NCBI GenBank assembly: GCA_031264145.1
Contig: JAISEK010000076.1
Coordinates: 7,843-71,842 of the forward strand
Reading direction: 5' to 3'
Length of the DNA: 64,000 nt
DNA from: Deltaproteobacteria bacterium
GTDB taxonomy: Bacteria; Desulfobacterota; Desulfarculia; Adiutricales; Adiutricaceae
A model generated the notes under the pieces. The model was not told the DNA's origin, ran no database searches, and saw only the letters and a program-made list of their open reading frames with translations. Shown in pieces: positions 37,240 to 45,618 of this stretch. Position 1 is the first letter of the stretch, and each line of letters begins with the position of its first letter. The translations under genes were made by a program, and so were the position numbers.

Positions 37240-38775
37240 CTAGGCCGGCTTCGCGGACTCCCCGTGTTCCTTGACGATCGAGCGCATCATGTTGTAGAGC
37301 ATCAGCAGCAGGATGATCATGAATGGCAAGGCCCCGACCATGGAGGAATTTCTTAGGGCCTGCATGCCGCCGACCCAAAGGAAAAGAAGGGCGTTTATGG
37401 CCATGAAGGCTCCCCAGAAGCCCCTGAGGCCAAGGGAAGGCTCGCCGCTGGACGACGCCCCACTGGACATGACGCCCATGACGTAGGTGGCCGAGTTGAC
37501 GGAAGTGACGATGAGGGTGATTATCAGGGCCATGGCCACGATTATGCTCAGTGTAGGTATTGGTAGGGCCTTCAGGAAAATGAATAGTGAGGCCGTGGAA
37601 TTGCTGGCCATCTGCTCGGGTTCCGGAATCGTCCCGCCCATGGTCATGAAGATGGCCGAGCCGCCGTAGCAGGTGAACCAGATGAAGCAGAGAATCGAGG
37701 GAATGAAGACGCAGGCCAGGATGAACTCCCTGATGGTCCGGCCCCTGGAGATATCGGACAGGAAGCCGCCCACGAAGGGGGCAAAGGCCACCCACCAGGC
37801 GAAGTACATGACCGACCAGCCGCCGACCCAGTTATAGCCGGCCTTCTCGGCCACGGTGCCAGTGGCGTCCAGGAAGAAGCTCATGGCCGGGAGCTGGGTT
37901 ATGTAGTTGCCCAGGGTCTCAAAGAAGGTGTTGAACTCGAACATGGTCGGGCCGGCGACTAGGACGAAGACGATGAGCGCCACGACGATGATCATGTTCC
38001 CGTCGCTGACTATCTTTATCCCCTTGGCCACGCCCTTTAGGGCTGAGGCCGTGGAAAGGACGCTGATTATTATGATGGCCGCGGCCACCAGGATGGTGGA
38101 CTGGCTGAACCCGTACTGGTAGGCCAGGCCGGCGGCGAACTGGTTGCCGGCGAAGCCCACGGAGGTGGCCACGCCGCAAAGAATAGCCACCATGGCGAAA
38201 ATGTCGATGACCTTGGCCAGGTTGCCGTTGAGGCCCTTTTGGCCCAGCATGGGCTCGAATGATGAGCTTATCCGGCCAGGAAGCCCCTTCCGGTGCTGGA
38301 AATAGGCCATGGCCAGGCCCGTGGCCGTGTACATGGCCCACGGGTGGATGCCCCAGTGGAAGAAGGAAATCCTCATGGCGTCCGTCGCCGCCCGAGCGGT
38401 TTCGGGATCGGCCAGTGGCGGGTAAAAAAAGTGCGACATGGGCTCATTGACGCCGAAGAAGACCAGGCCCACCCCGAGGCCGGCCCCGTAGAGCATGCCC
38501 ACCCAGCTGGCCAGGCCGTACTCGGGCTTGGAATCCGGGGGGCCCAGCCTGAGCCGCCCGTACTTGCTGAAGGCCAGAAACAGGAGAAATATGAGGATGA
38601 TGCTGAAAGATAGGAGATAGATCCAGCCCAGGCGGTTTAGGGTGAAATCCAAGGTGCTCTTTATTACCGCCTCGGCGGTCTTCGGCACGCCGATGATGAA
38701 GACGAACAAGGCCAGGTATATGAGGGCTGTTCCCCCGAAGATGACCCGATCCACGGAACCCAGGAAATTTCTCAT
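37240..38775 (-). CDS. BCCT-family betaine/carnitine/choline transporter
   Basis: 511 aa, about 12 TM. BCCT signature region GGWSVMYFAWWVAFAPFVGGFL. Confidence 0.9.
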   Translation of the reverse strand: MRNFLGSVDRVIFGGTALIYLALFVFIIGVPKTAEAVIKSTLDFTLNRLGWIYLLSFSIILIFLLFLAFSKYGRLRLGPPDSKPEYGLASWVGMLYGAGLGVGLVFFGVNEPMSHFFYPPLADPETARAATDAMRISFFHWGIHPWAMYTATGLAMAYFQHRKGLPGRISSSFEPMLGQKGLNGNLAKVIDIFAMVAILCGVATSVGFAGNQFAAGLAYQYGFSQSTILVAAAIIIISVLSTASALKGVAKGIKIVSDGNMIIVVALIVFVLVAGPTMFEFNTFFETLGNYITQLPAMSFFLDATGTVAEKAGYNWVGGWSVMYFAWWVAFAPFVGGFLSDISRGRTIREFILACVFIPSILCFIWFTCYGGSAIFMTMGGTIPEPEQMASNSTASLFIFLKALPIPTLSIIVAMALIITLIVTSVNSATYVMGVMSSGASSSGEPSLGLRGFWGAFMAINALLFLWVGGMQALRNSSMVGALPFMIILLLMLYNMMRSIVKEHGESAKPA

Positions 38776-38909
38776 CAGAGTCCTCCAGAAAAAGACATTT
38801 GCCCGGCCGGCTGTCTGGTGCCCTGGCCAGTCATGAAACGTCTCTTTAACGCCGCTTTGAGCGGCAAGGGGCCTGGTGCGGTGACTTAACCTTCCAGGCC
38901 CCCGTCATT

Positions 38910-40364
38910 TCAATGCCATTTTGCCCAGGAGGCCTGCCTTTGATCGAGTTCGGCCACCAGTTTCGGGTCAAGGGGATGTTCGTCAGTTTCGCCGATCAAG
39001 GCCATGGTCCTTTCCCTCAGTCGCTCCTCGATTAGCTTGCCCCCTTTGTTTTTCCAGCTCTCGTGATGGGCCCTCTCGAAAATCTTGGAATAGAATGATT
39101 GCTTGAAGTGCTTGAGGGTGTGTGGCTCCCTCAGGAAATTTCCGCCCGAGCCGACGTTTTTCAGTACCTCCAGGGCCAGCGTCTCCTCGCTTAGGGGGAT
39201 TCCTTCCATGAACCTGTCGAGCATGCCCAATATCTCATGGCCCAGGACGAAATATGCGGGCGAGACTGTGCTGCCGTGATCCAGCCAGCTGTGGGTGTCG
39301 TGGACCAGGCCCTGGCCGACGGTTGCGGCCACCAAATCCTGGATGGCCCCCTCGACGCCGGCCTGGATGTCCACGACCTGTGAGTCGGTGCAGCCTGCCG
39401 TCCCGAAGAAGGGCAGCCTGTAGAACTGGCTCAGCTGGGCCATCGCGCCGACCATCATCGACAACTCGATGGCCCCGTAGGAGAAGACGGTGGTCCTCAG
39501 ATCCATGATGGTCGCGAAGGCCCCGTAGATGAAGGGGGCCCCGGGGTTGGCCGCCTGATGGAGGACCAGCCCCGACAGCGACTCGGCGCTGGCCTGGACT
39601 ATGGTCCCGGCCAAGGTGGCCGGGGAGGTCCCCCCGGCCTGGATGCCGGGAAAGTTTATCAGTGGGATCTTCTTCTCGGCGCAGAAGATGATCTTCTCCA
39701 CCACCGGATCGTAATAGAGGAGCGGGCTCGTGGGATCGGCCAGGTGAAGCAGGAAGGGGTTTCGCTCGAATTCCTTGACCCCTCCCTGGCAAAGCACGGC
39801 CATCTCGTAAATCTCGTTGAGGCTACGCCTATCGGCACAGCAGCAGACCGTGGGCTTCCGGCAGAATTCCATGGCCAGCCTGGAGGCCACCTTGTCGGCC
39901 ATGGTGGGCGGCAGATCGTCGCACAGTCCCAAGGTCATGTTCCAGGTGTAGGTGCCCAGCTTGTCGCACAGACGGCTCATGGTCTTGACGTGCCTGCTTT
40001 CGCAAGGCGAGCGGTCACCGGTCTCAGGGTCAAGATAGTTGATGCAGTCGATGGTCGGCCCGTACCACGTCCTGCGATCTTCCAGATGGACCGTGCGGCC
40101 GTTGTCCCGATCGCCTAAGACGATCCTCTTGGGGGCCTGGCCCAGGGCCTTCTCGACCACGGCAGCCGGAAAACGGACCTGGGTGCCGTCGACCTGGCAA
40201 CCGACGGAGGCCAGCATCTCCAGTCCCTTGGGGTGGTTCAGCCTCACGCCCAGGCGCTCAAGTATTTCAAGGGTGGCCAGATGGAACCGCTCCATCTGTT
40301 CTTGGCTCAGTATTTGCAATTTGGGAGTGAAATTAAGCTCCTCGACCAATAACCCTCGCTTCAT
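38910..40364 (-). CDS. MttB-superfamily (trimethylamine methyltransferase family) protein, non-pyrrolysine type; likely quaternary-amine:corrinoid methyltransferase
   Basis: Full-length uninterrupted ORF. Conserved core ...PLINFPGIQAGGTSPATLAGTIVQASAESLSGLVLHQAANPGAPFIYG. Start chosen at ATG 40364 with RBS GGAGGA (ORF extends to 40382). Confidence 0.82.
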   Translation of the reverse strand: MKRGLLVEELNFTPKLQILSQEQMERFHLATLEILERLGVRLNHPKGLEMLASVGCQVDGTQVRFPAAVVEKALGQAPKRIVLGDRDNGRTVHLEDRRTWYGPTIDCINYLDPETGDRSPCESRHVKTMSRLCDKLGTYTWNMTLGLCDDLPPTMADKVASRLAMEFCRKPTVCCCADRRSLNEIYEMAVLCQGGVKEFERNPFLLHLADPTSPLLYYDPVVEKIIFCAEKKIPLINFPGIQAGGTSPATLAGTIVQASAESLSGLVLHQAANPGAPFIYGAFATIMDLRTTVFSYGAIELSMMVGAMAQLSQFYRLPFFGTAGCTDSQVVDIQAGVEGAIQDLVAATVGQGLVHDTHSWLDHGSTVSPAYFVLGHEILGMLDRFMEGIPLSEETLALEVLKNVGSGGNFLREPHTLKHFKQSFYSKIFERAHHESWKNKGGKLIEERLRERTMALIGETDEHPLDPKLVAELDQRQASWAKWH

Positions 40365-41001
40365 GGTTTCCTCCAGGCCCATTTTGGGCGTTGGCCCCTT
40401 CGTCCGTGGACTTTTCGGGCCAGTTGGTGGTTTGGCAAGGCTGGATTTAATCCAATTGGCTTGCCTGTTTTGACCAAATATAGAGTATGTTTAAAATATT
40501 TGTATCTATAACTATATTAATATAATAAAAAATATAGTAAAAAATTATATATAGTTTAAATTATAGCTGTCTATAAATAAGTTTAATAAGATATAGATAT
40601 CATATAGTTAATTTATAATTATAATAAATTTCTACAGATTTAGGTATCCATCCATTTACAGCTTTGTTAATTTTAAAAAGCAATATTTATACCAACCGCC
40701 AAATGACGATCGGCCAAGATGCGTCGATGGGCTAACTCCCGCATTGGCTTTGGTTTTAAACCCTGCCTTGTCGGTATTGGGAGTCTCTGACGGTGATTTG
40801 GGTCGCGATGGCGGGGAAGATACAAAAATATTTGTAAAATAAATTTGTAAATCACAAAAAGATTTGTCATGTGTCCTGGCCAGGGAAAATGCCAATGATT
40901 AGGAGCACCCAGTCTCTTTTAGAAGGTCCTAAAATGACGGGCCAACTGGTATAATGGATGGATACTAATGCCTGTTCTGGAGGATTTGGCCAAAATGCTA
41001 G

Positions 41002-41035
<34 letters not shown>

Positions 41036-41328
41036 CATGACTTAGGGGGTCGGTTTTTCCGGTCCTCATAAACAACCAGGCCCGACATCAATTGGACGAT
41101 TTGATGCCGGGCCTTTGGTATTTCCATCTCTGAATAGGATTAAGGCAGGAGGTCGAAGGTGCTGGTTTCAGGTTGGGCAAGATTGGGAAGGCCGCTGGCG
41201 TCTATGCAATAGTCAAAGAATATAGAAATATAATTATTGTTTTATTTATAAATCAATATATTTAATTAAATAATGTATATCATAATAAATATGGTAAAAA
41301 TATAAAAATAAACATATGAGGTGTTGAT

Positions 41329-42756
41329 ATGTATCAAAGTATTTTAGGAAATATAAGGCCAGTTTTGGATGAATTATTTATGGGAGTATTGATAATAGAC
41401 ACTGAGGAAAAAATTTGTTACTACAATAAGTTTATGTCTAGAATGGATGAAAACGATCTCGATGAGGTCATGGGCTACAGGATATGCGAGGTTTACTCGG
41501 TCAAGGACTCCGATAGCCCCACGGTCGAATCGATCAGGACAGGACAGCCAATCCTGGGGCGCTACATGCATTACAAGACGGCCAGGGGTAGGCAACTGGC
41601 CACATTGAATTATTCCTACCCCCTGTTCGTCTCCGACCAGCTGGTCGGCGCCATCTGCATGTGCCTTGACTGCACGAGCCTGTACTCGTATGTCGCCCAG
41701 GACAGGGAGCCGGAATCACCTGTCGTCCCCCTGGCGCTCCATGACCAGAAGGTCGAGTTCAAGGATTTGATAGGCAAGAACCCGATCTTCAGGGAGGCGG
41801 TTGAGGTGTCCAAAATAGCGGCCAGCGGCCCTAGCCCGGTCATGCTGGTGGGGGAGACCGGCACCGGCAAGGATCTTTTTGCCCAGGCCATCCACAATTA
41901 CAGCCCCAGGGCCAAGGAGAGGTTCGTGCCCATAAACTGCTCGGCCATTCCCGAGCCTCTTTTGGAGGGACTCCTGTTTGGGACGACCAGGGGCGCCTTC
42001 ACTGGGGCGGTGGACAAGTCAGGGCTTTTCGAGCACGCTTCCGGGGGCACCATATTCCTTGATGAGGTCCAGTCAATGCCCATAACCCTCCAGGCCAAAC
42101 TCTTGAGGGTCATCCAGGACAAGCGGGTCAGGAGGGTGGGGGGACTGGTCGAGAACAAGGTGGACGTGAAGTTCATAAGCGCCGTTGGGGGACACCCCAG
42201 GACGCTCGTGGACGAATTGAAACTGAGGGCCGATCTGTACTACCGCCTGGGGGTCATACAGGTCGTCATCCCGCCCTTGCGGGAGCGTCCAGAGGACATT
42301 CCGGAATTGACGACGCATTTTGCAGGAAAAATAGCCGGAAAGTTGGGCCGCGAGATATCCGGCATCCACTCGGGTGTTCTACAGCACCTTAAGGGACGGA
42401 CCTGGCCCGGAAACGTCCGTGAGCTGGAGCACGTCCTTGAGAGCTCCCTGAACTTCGTCCCAAAGGGCGAGAGCCTTGATCTCAGGCATCTGAAGAGGTC
42501 GGGCCGGCATCTGCAGTCCTTGCCCTCATTCCAGAATCCCCAGTCCGGGCTGGGCGGGCCTCAGGCCGGTGCCTATAGTTTTCCCCAAGGCTACTCCCTG
42601 AAGGATGATTTGGTAAATTATGAAAAACAGAAAATAATAACCGCTATAAAATTAAACAACGGCAACATTAGTAAAAGTGCTAATACATTAGGTATCAGTC
42701 AGCAATTATTGGTTTATAAAATAAGTAAATATAAAATAAATAAAATTATTATTTAA
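41329..42756 (+). CDS. sigma-54-dependent transcriptional activator (PAS-like sensor + AAA+ + Fis-type HTH)
   Basis: Walker A GETGTGKDLFAQAIH, GAFTGA loop, VRELEHVLE. C-terminal HTH NISKSANTLGISQQLLVYKI. Confidence 0.9.
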   Translation: MYQSILGNIRPVLDELFMGVLIIDTEEKICYYNKFMSRMDENDLDEVMGYRICEVYSVKDSDSPTVESIRTGQPILGRYMHYKTARGRQLATLNYSYPLFVSDQLVGAICMCLDCTSLYSYVAQDREPESPVVPLALHDQKVEFKDLIGKNPIFREAVEVSKIAASGPSPVMLVGETGTGKDLFAQAIHNYSPRAKERFVPINCSAIPEPLLEGLLFGTTRGAFTGAVDKSGLFEHASGGTIFLDEVQSMPITLQAKLLRVIQDKRVRRVGGLVENKVDVKFISAVGGHPRTLVDELKLRADLYYRLGVIQVVIPPLRERPEDIPELTTHFAGKIAGKLGREISGIHSGVLQHLKGRTWPGNVRELEHVLESSLNFVPKGESLDLRHLKRSGRHLQSLPSFQNPQSGLGGPQAGAYSFPQGYSLKDDLVNYEKQKIITAIKLNNGNISKSANTLGISQQLLVYKISKYKINKIII

Positions 42757-42901
42757 AGTAACATTATTTATCTGATTGAGTCTCGATAATTTATTCAACG
42801 ACAGCCTCCAGGAAACTCATCGAGGGCCAGGCACGACAGTCCGGGTCAGATGCCATCATGTTAATCCTCCCAGAGCCTACTGGCAGATAGAAAACATCCC
42901 T

Positions 42902-43009
42902 AGTACCTTGTTTTTCTTGATTTGTCTGGTGAAGATACCTCGAGTAAACTGTCTCATCATAAGTAAATTGAGCCGACTTTGCCCGAAATTCCAAGAAAAA
43001 CAAGGTACT
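42902..43009 (+). mobile_element. MITE-like repeat, copy C (reference copy; perfect 18 bp terminal inverted repeats)
   Basis: Left AGTACCTTGTTTTTCTTG (42902-42919) is the exact reverse complement of right CAAGAAAAACAAGGTACT (42992-43009). Confidence 0.75.
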
Positions 43010-43123
43010 GGCGTGATTAATCGACGCAGCCTGGGCTGTTTGTTGACCAAGCAGCCCAGGCAATCAAGCCGACCTTACTGACCTCAAACATGGCATCATA
43101 CTTGTAGTCCGGAAACGGATCGC

Positions 43124-43188
43124 ACCATGGGTACACCAAACAAAAAAGGAGCCATTTAGACTCCTTTATTGTTTGGTGTACCCATGGT
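43124..43188. repeat. long near-perfect palindrome (27 bp stem, one bulge, 10 nt loop)
   Basis: ACCATGGGTACACCAAACAAAAAAGGAG / CTCCTTT(A)TTGTTTGGTGTACCCATGGT read directly. Lies between convergent genes. Confidence 0.85.
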
Positions 43189-43314
43189 CGTTGAAGGAAT
43201 ACTTGTCGCCAATACCATAGAAGCAAATCCATGGGGCCAATGAAAACCGGTTGCTAAACTGGATTGGGAATTGACGTCTGGACTGTTTCATCAGGACCAT
43301 TATTGCGTTCTTCC

Positions 43315-43355
43315 CCAAGAACAACGCCGCCCCATCTGGGCGGCGTTGTTCTTGG
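43315..43355 (-). terminator. 18 bp perfect hairpin just downstream of the UbiA-family gene
   Basis: CCAAGAACAACGCCGCCC-CATCT-GGGCGGCGTTGTTCTTGG starts 10 nt after the stop. No U-tract, so it may act as a stabiliser or a Rho-dependent site rather than an intrinsic terminator. Confidence 0.35.
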
Positions 43356-43364
43356 CATTAGCGG

Positions 43365-45080
43365 CTAACATGGGGTTTCCTTACTGGCGAAAAGAACCGT
43401 GGTCAGGTATAAGGCCTGTGGCACCTTGGTTGTCCTGGGGGCCAGAGGCGGAGCCGCCGGCGGTGGAGGCGGGTCGGCCAGTTCGGGTAGGGTTTGCGGC
43501 ACGACAGTCGTGGCCGTTGGCGGCGCATCCGGGACCCCTGGTCCAGCGGATGGCTGGTCCTCTGGTCCGGCCTGATCGGGAGAGGGCTGGGCTTGGTCAT
43601 CAGGCGCGGGTGGGACTCCAGGCAGTTCGGCCTGGTCTGAGGAGGGCTGGGGAGGCGACGGCTCTTCGGCCTGAACGGGGGATGGCTGAGCCTCCTGGTG
43701 AGCCGCCGGCTGTTCGGCCTGGTCAGGGGTGGCCTGTGGCTCCTGTGGAGCCGCCGGCTGTTCGGCCTGGGAGCCCTGGGGGGCAGCCGTAGGTCCGGCC
43801 AGTGTCTCGGGATCTGGCGTCGCAGGCTCTTCTTCAGCTTCTTCCACGGCCGGGGCTGGCACCGGCTTGGAGGAGGTAGCGGCGGCTGCCGGGCGGTCGG
43901 GGATAGTCGGCTGGGCCTTGGGCCCTATCGAAAGGGAGCAAAGGCCGCCAATAAGCAAAATGCCGTTTATCAGGTACATCAGCCTCACGATGATGCCGTA
44001 TTTGTCGAGTTTCAGCCAATCGTCGGCCTTGCGGAGCCGGCGCATGACCAGCCAGTGGAGGGGAAAGGTAACCAGGCAGAGCAGGGCCGGCCATTCCACC
44101 AGCTCGGAGAAGTAAAGGTTGACCATCAGGACCCATATCAGGGGCCACCAGAGCGACTGGGCCAGGATGGCCCTTTCCTTGCCCAGCTTGACGGCCAGGG
44201 TCTTTTTTCCGGCCTTGGCGTCGGTCTCTATCTCCGGGAGGCTCTGGAAATACAGAATGCCGGCCACGCCCAGGGACACCGGCAGGGCCAGGCTGATGAG
44301 CTTCAGGTCAAAATGGCCGGTTATGGCCATGTAGGTGCCGACGGTCATGATAAGGCCCATGTTTATGAAAACAAAGACCTCGCCTAGTCCCCTGTGCCCA
44401 TATTTTATTGGCGGGCAGACATAGAAGAAGCTGGAAAAGGCGGCGAACAGGACCAGGCACCACAGGATCCAGTCTGTTTTGACTATTATGATGGCCAGGA
44501 CAAAGGCGACCAGGTAACACAGGCCTATGGCCATTTTGATTTGGCCAGGGCTTATGCGGCCTTCCTGGATGACCCTGGAGCCGCCGATTGTCTCATCCGT
44601 GTCCACGCCCTGCGAGTGGTCGAAGAGGTCGTTGGCCAGATTCGTGGCCAGGTGGACCAGAAAGGAGGCGATCAGGATCAGAGCGAACTTTACCGTCCCG
44701 CCCTGGACGCCGCGGTAGCCAAGGGCAGCATAGTAGCCCAAGAACAAAGGGACCAGGGTGGCCACGAAAAAGGTGGGCCTGGAGGCCTGGAGCCAGGCCC
44801 TGGGGTTGAAGCGGCATTTTGGGGCCGCTGCCTCGGGCAAAGGCCCATCCTGGCCTCCCTCCCCAGGGCTGTCCACCTCGTCACCATCCTCGGGCTTGGA
44901 GGCGGCCAGGTCCGTGGGTGACTGGGCAGGCTTTTCAGTACTGGCGGGCCTCTCCTCATTCCCACTCCCGTTGGAGCCAGGCTCGGTTTTCCCAAGGGAT
45001 TCGGGTGACTGGTTTTCATCCTTCAAGACCGGCTCGTCAAGGGCCAGATCGTCTTTCCTGGGTTCTTGGGTATCGCTCAT
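43365..45080 (-). CDS. UbiA-family prenyltransferase (MenA-like) with acidic N-terminal and Pro/Gln/Ala-rich C-terminal extensions
   Basis: Core has NLANDLFDHSQGVDTD (NxxxDxxxD), multiple TM helices and a second Asp-rich region. Roughly 190 aa of repetitive tail (AEQPAAPQEPQATPDQAEQPAAHQEAQ...). Confidence 0.78.
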   Translation of the reverse strand: MSDTQEPRKDDLALDEPVLKDENQSPESLGKTEPGSNGSGNEERPASTEKPAQSPTDLAASKPEDGDEVDSPGEGGQDGPLPEAAAPKCRFNPRAWLQASRPTFFVATLVPLFLGYYAALGYRGVQGGTVKFALILIASFLVHLATNLANDLFDHSQGVDTDETIGGSRVIQEGRISPGQIKMAIGLCYLVAFVLAIIIVKTDWILWCLVLFAAFSSFFYVCPPIKYGHRGLGEVFVFINMGLIMTVGTYMAITGHFDLKLISLALPVSLGVAGILYFQSLPEIETDAKAGKKTLAVKLGKERAILAQSLWWPLIWVLMVNLYFSELVEWPALLCLVTFPLHWLVMRRLRKADDWLKLDKYGIIVRLMYLINGILLIGGLCSLSIGPKAQPTIPDRPAAAATSSKPVPAPAVEEAEEEPATPDPETLAGPTAAPQGSQAEQPAAPQEPQATPDQAEQPAAHQEAQPSPVQAEEPSPPQPSSDQAELPGVPPAPDDQAQPSPDQAGPEDQPSAGPGVPDAPPTATTVVPQTLPELADPPPPPAAPPLAPRTTKVPQALYLTTVLFASKETPC

Positions 45081-45137
45081 CGTCTTCCTGCCTGGATACC
45101 CCGGGCTTCAGCCCGGGGAGGAAAGGCGCTCTTCTCT

Positions 45138-45520
45138 TCAGCGGGAAGCAGGCCTGATGGAACATTCATGGACGTCACCGTTTTGCAGCCGATGACGTTT
45201 TTTGTATGATGTCATGGTTATGCCTTGACTGGTTTTGATGCCGTAGAGGCCAGTAGCTCTGATGGCCACCCGGCCGATTCGTCCTTCGTTAGTCTTCCCA
45301 TCGGTCACGACGGCCTTGAACAGACCGCCAGTTTGGAAGCCAGGGGTGGCTTCTTGCCGCATAGGACCACCCTGAGAATCCACTGGCGTTCACCCTGGGG
45401 CCGCCGGTGACACTACCGGCCCATGTTCTTATGCCCGTTAGCGACGTGTTTCTCTGGTCAACCTGGGTGTTTACGGGCCCAGGCCTTTAGGCGGGGGTGG
45501 TGAATGGTGATTTCCCCAGA
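45138..45520 (-). pseudogene. 3' relic of an IscB/RRXRR-HNH-type endonuclease gene
   Basis: ORF 45138..45383 encodes PGFQTGGLFKAVVTDGKTNEGRIGRVAIRATGLYGIKTSQG...YKKRHRLQ. This matches the recalled C-terminal pattern GFxTGDxV..V..G...G..GRVxVRxxGxFxI. Upstream out-of-frame pieces (VNTQ...GSVTGGPRVN) resemble the preceding VNxTR...GGxTKxNR region. Confidence 0.4.
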
Positions 45521-45618
45521 TAACCGAATGGTTAAGGCATGATTTTGTTTTAATATATGTGCTATTATTGATATGAGTATATTATTTAACAATAAGACAG
45601 CATTTAAATATAGCGTTT

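Noticed and set aside
38910-40382. In-frame amber (pyrrolysine) codon in the MttB-family gene
   Set aside because: The ORF is continuous over the full ~485-490 codons with no internal TAG, so this is a non-Pyl family member.
40440-40454. Possible sigma-54 promoter upstream of mttB (minus strand TGGATTAAATCCAGC, with GG-N10-GC spacing)
   Set aside because: Only the invariant GG/GC dinucleotides match. The flanking bases do not resemble TGGCAC-N5-TTGCW. It is too weak to call without TSS data.
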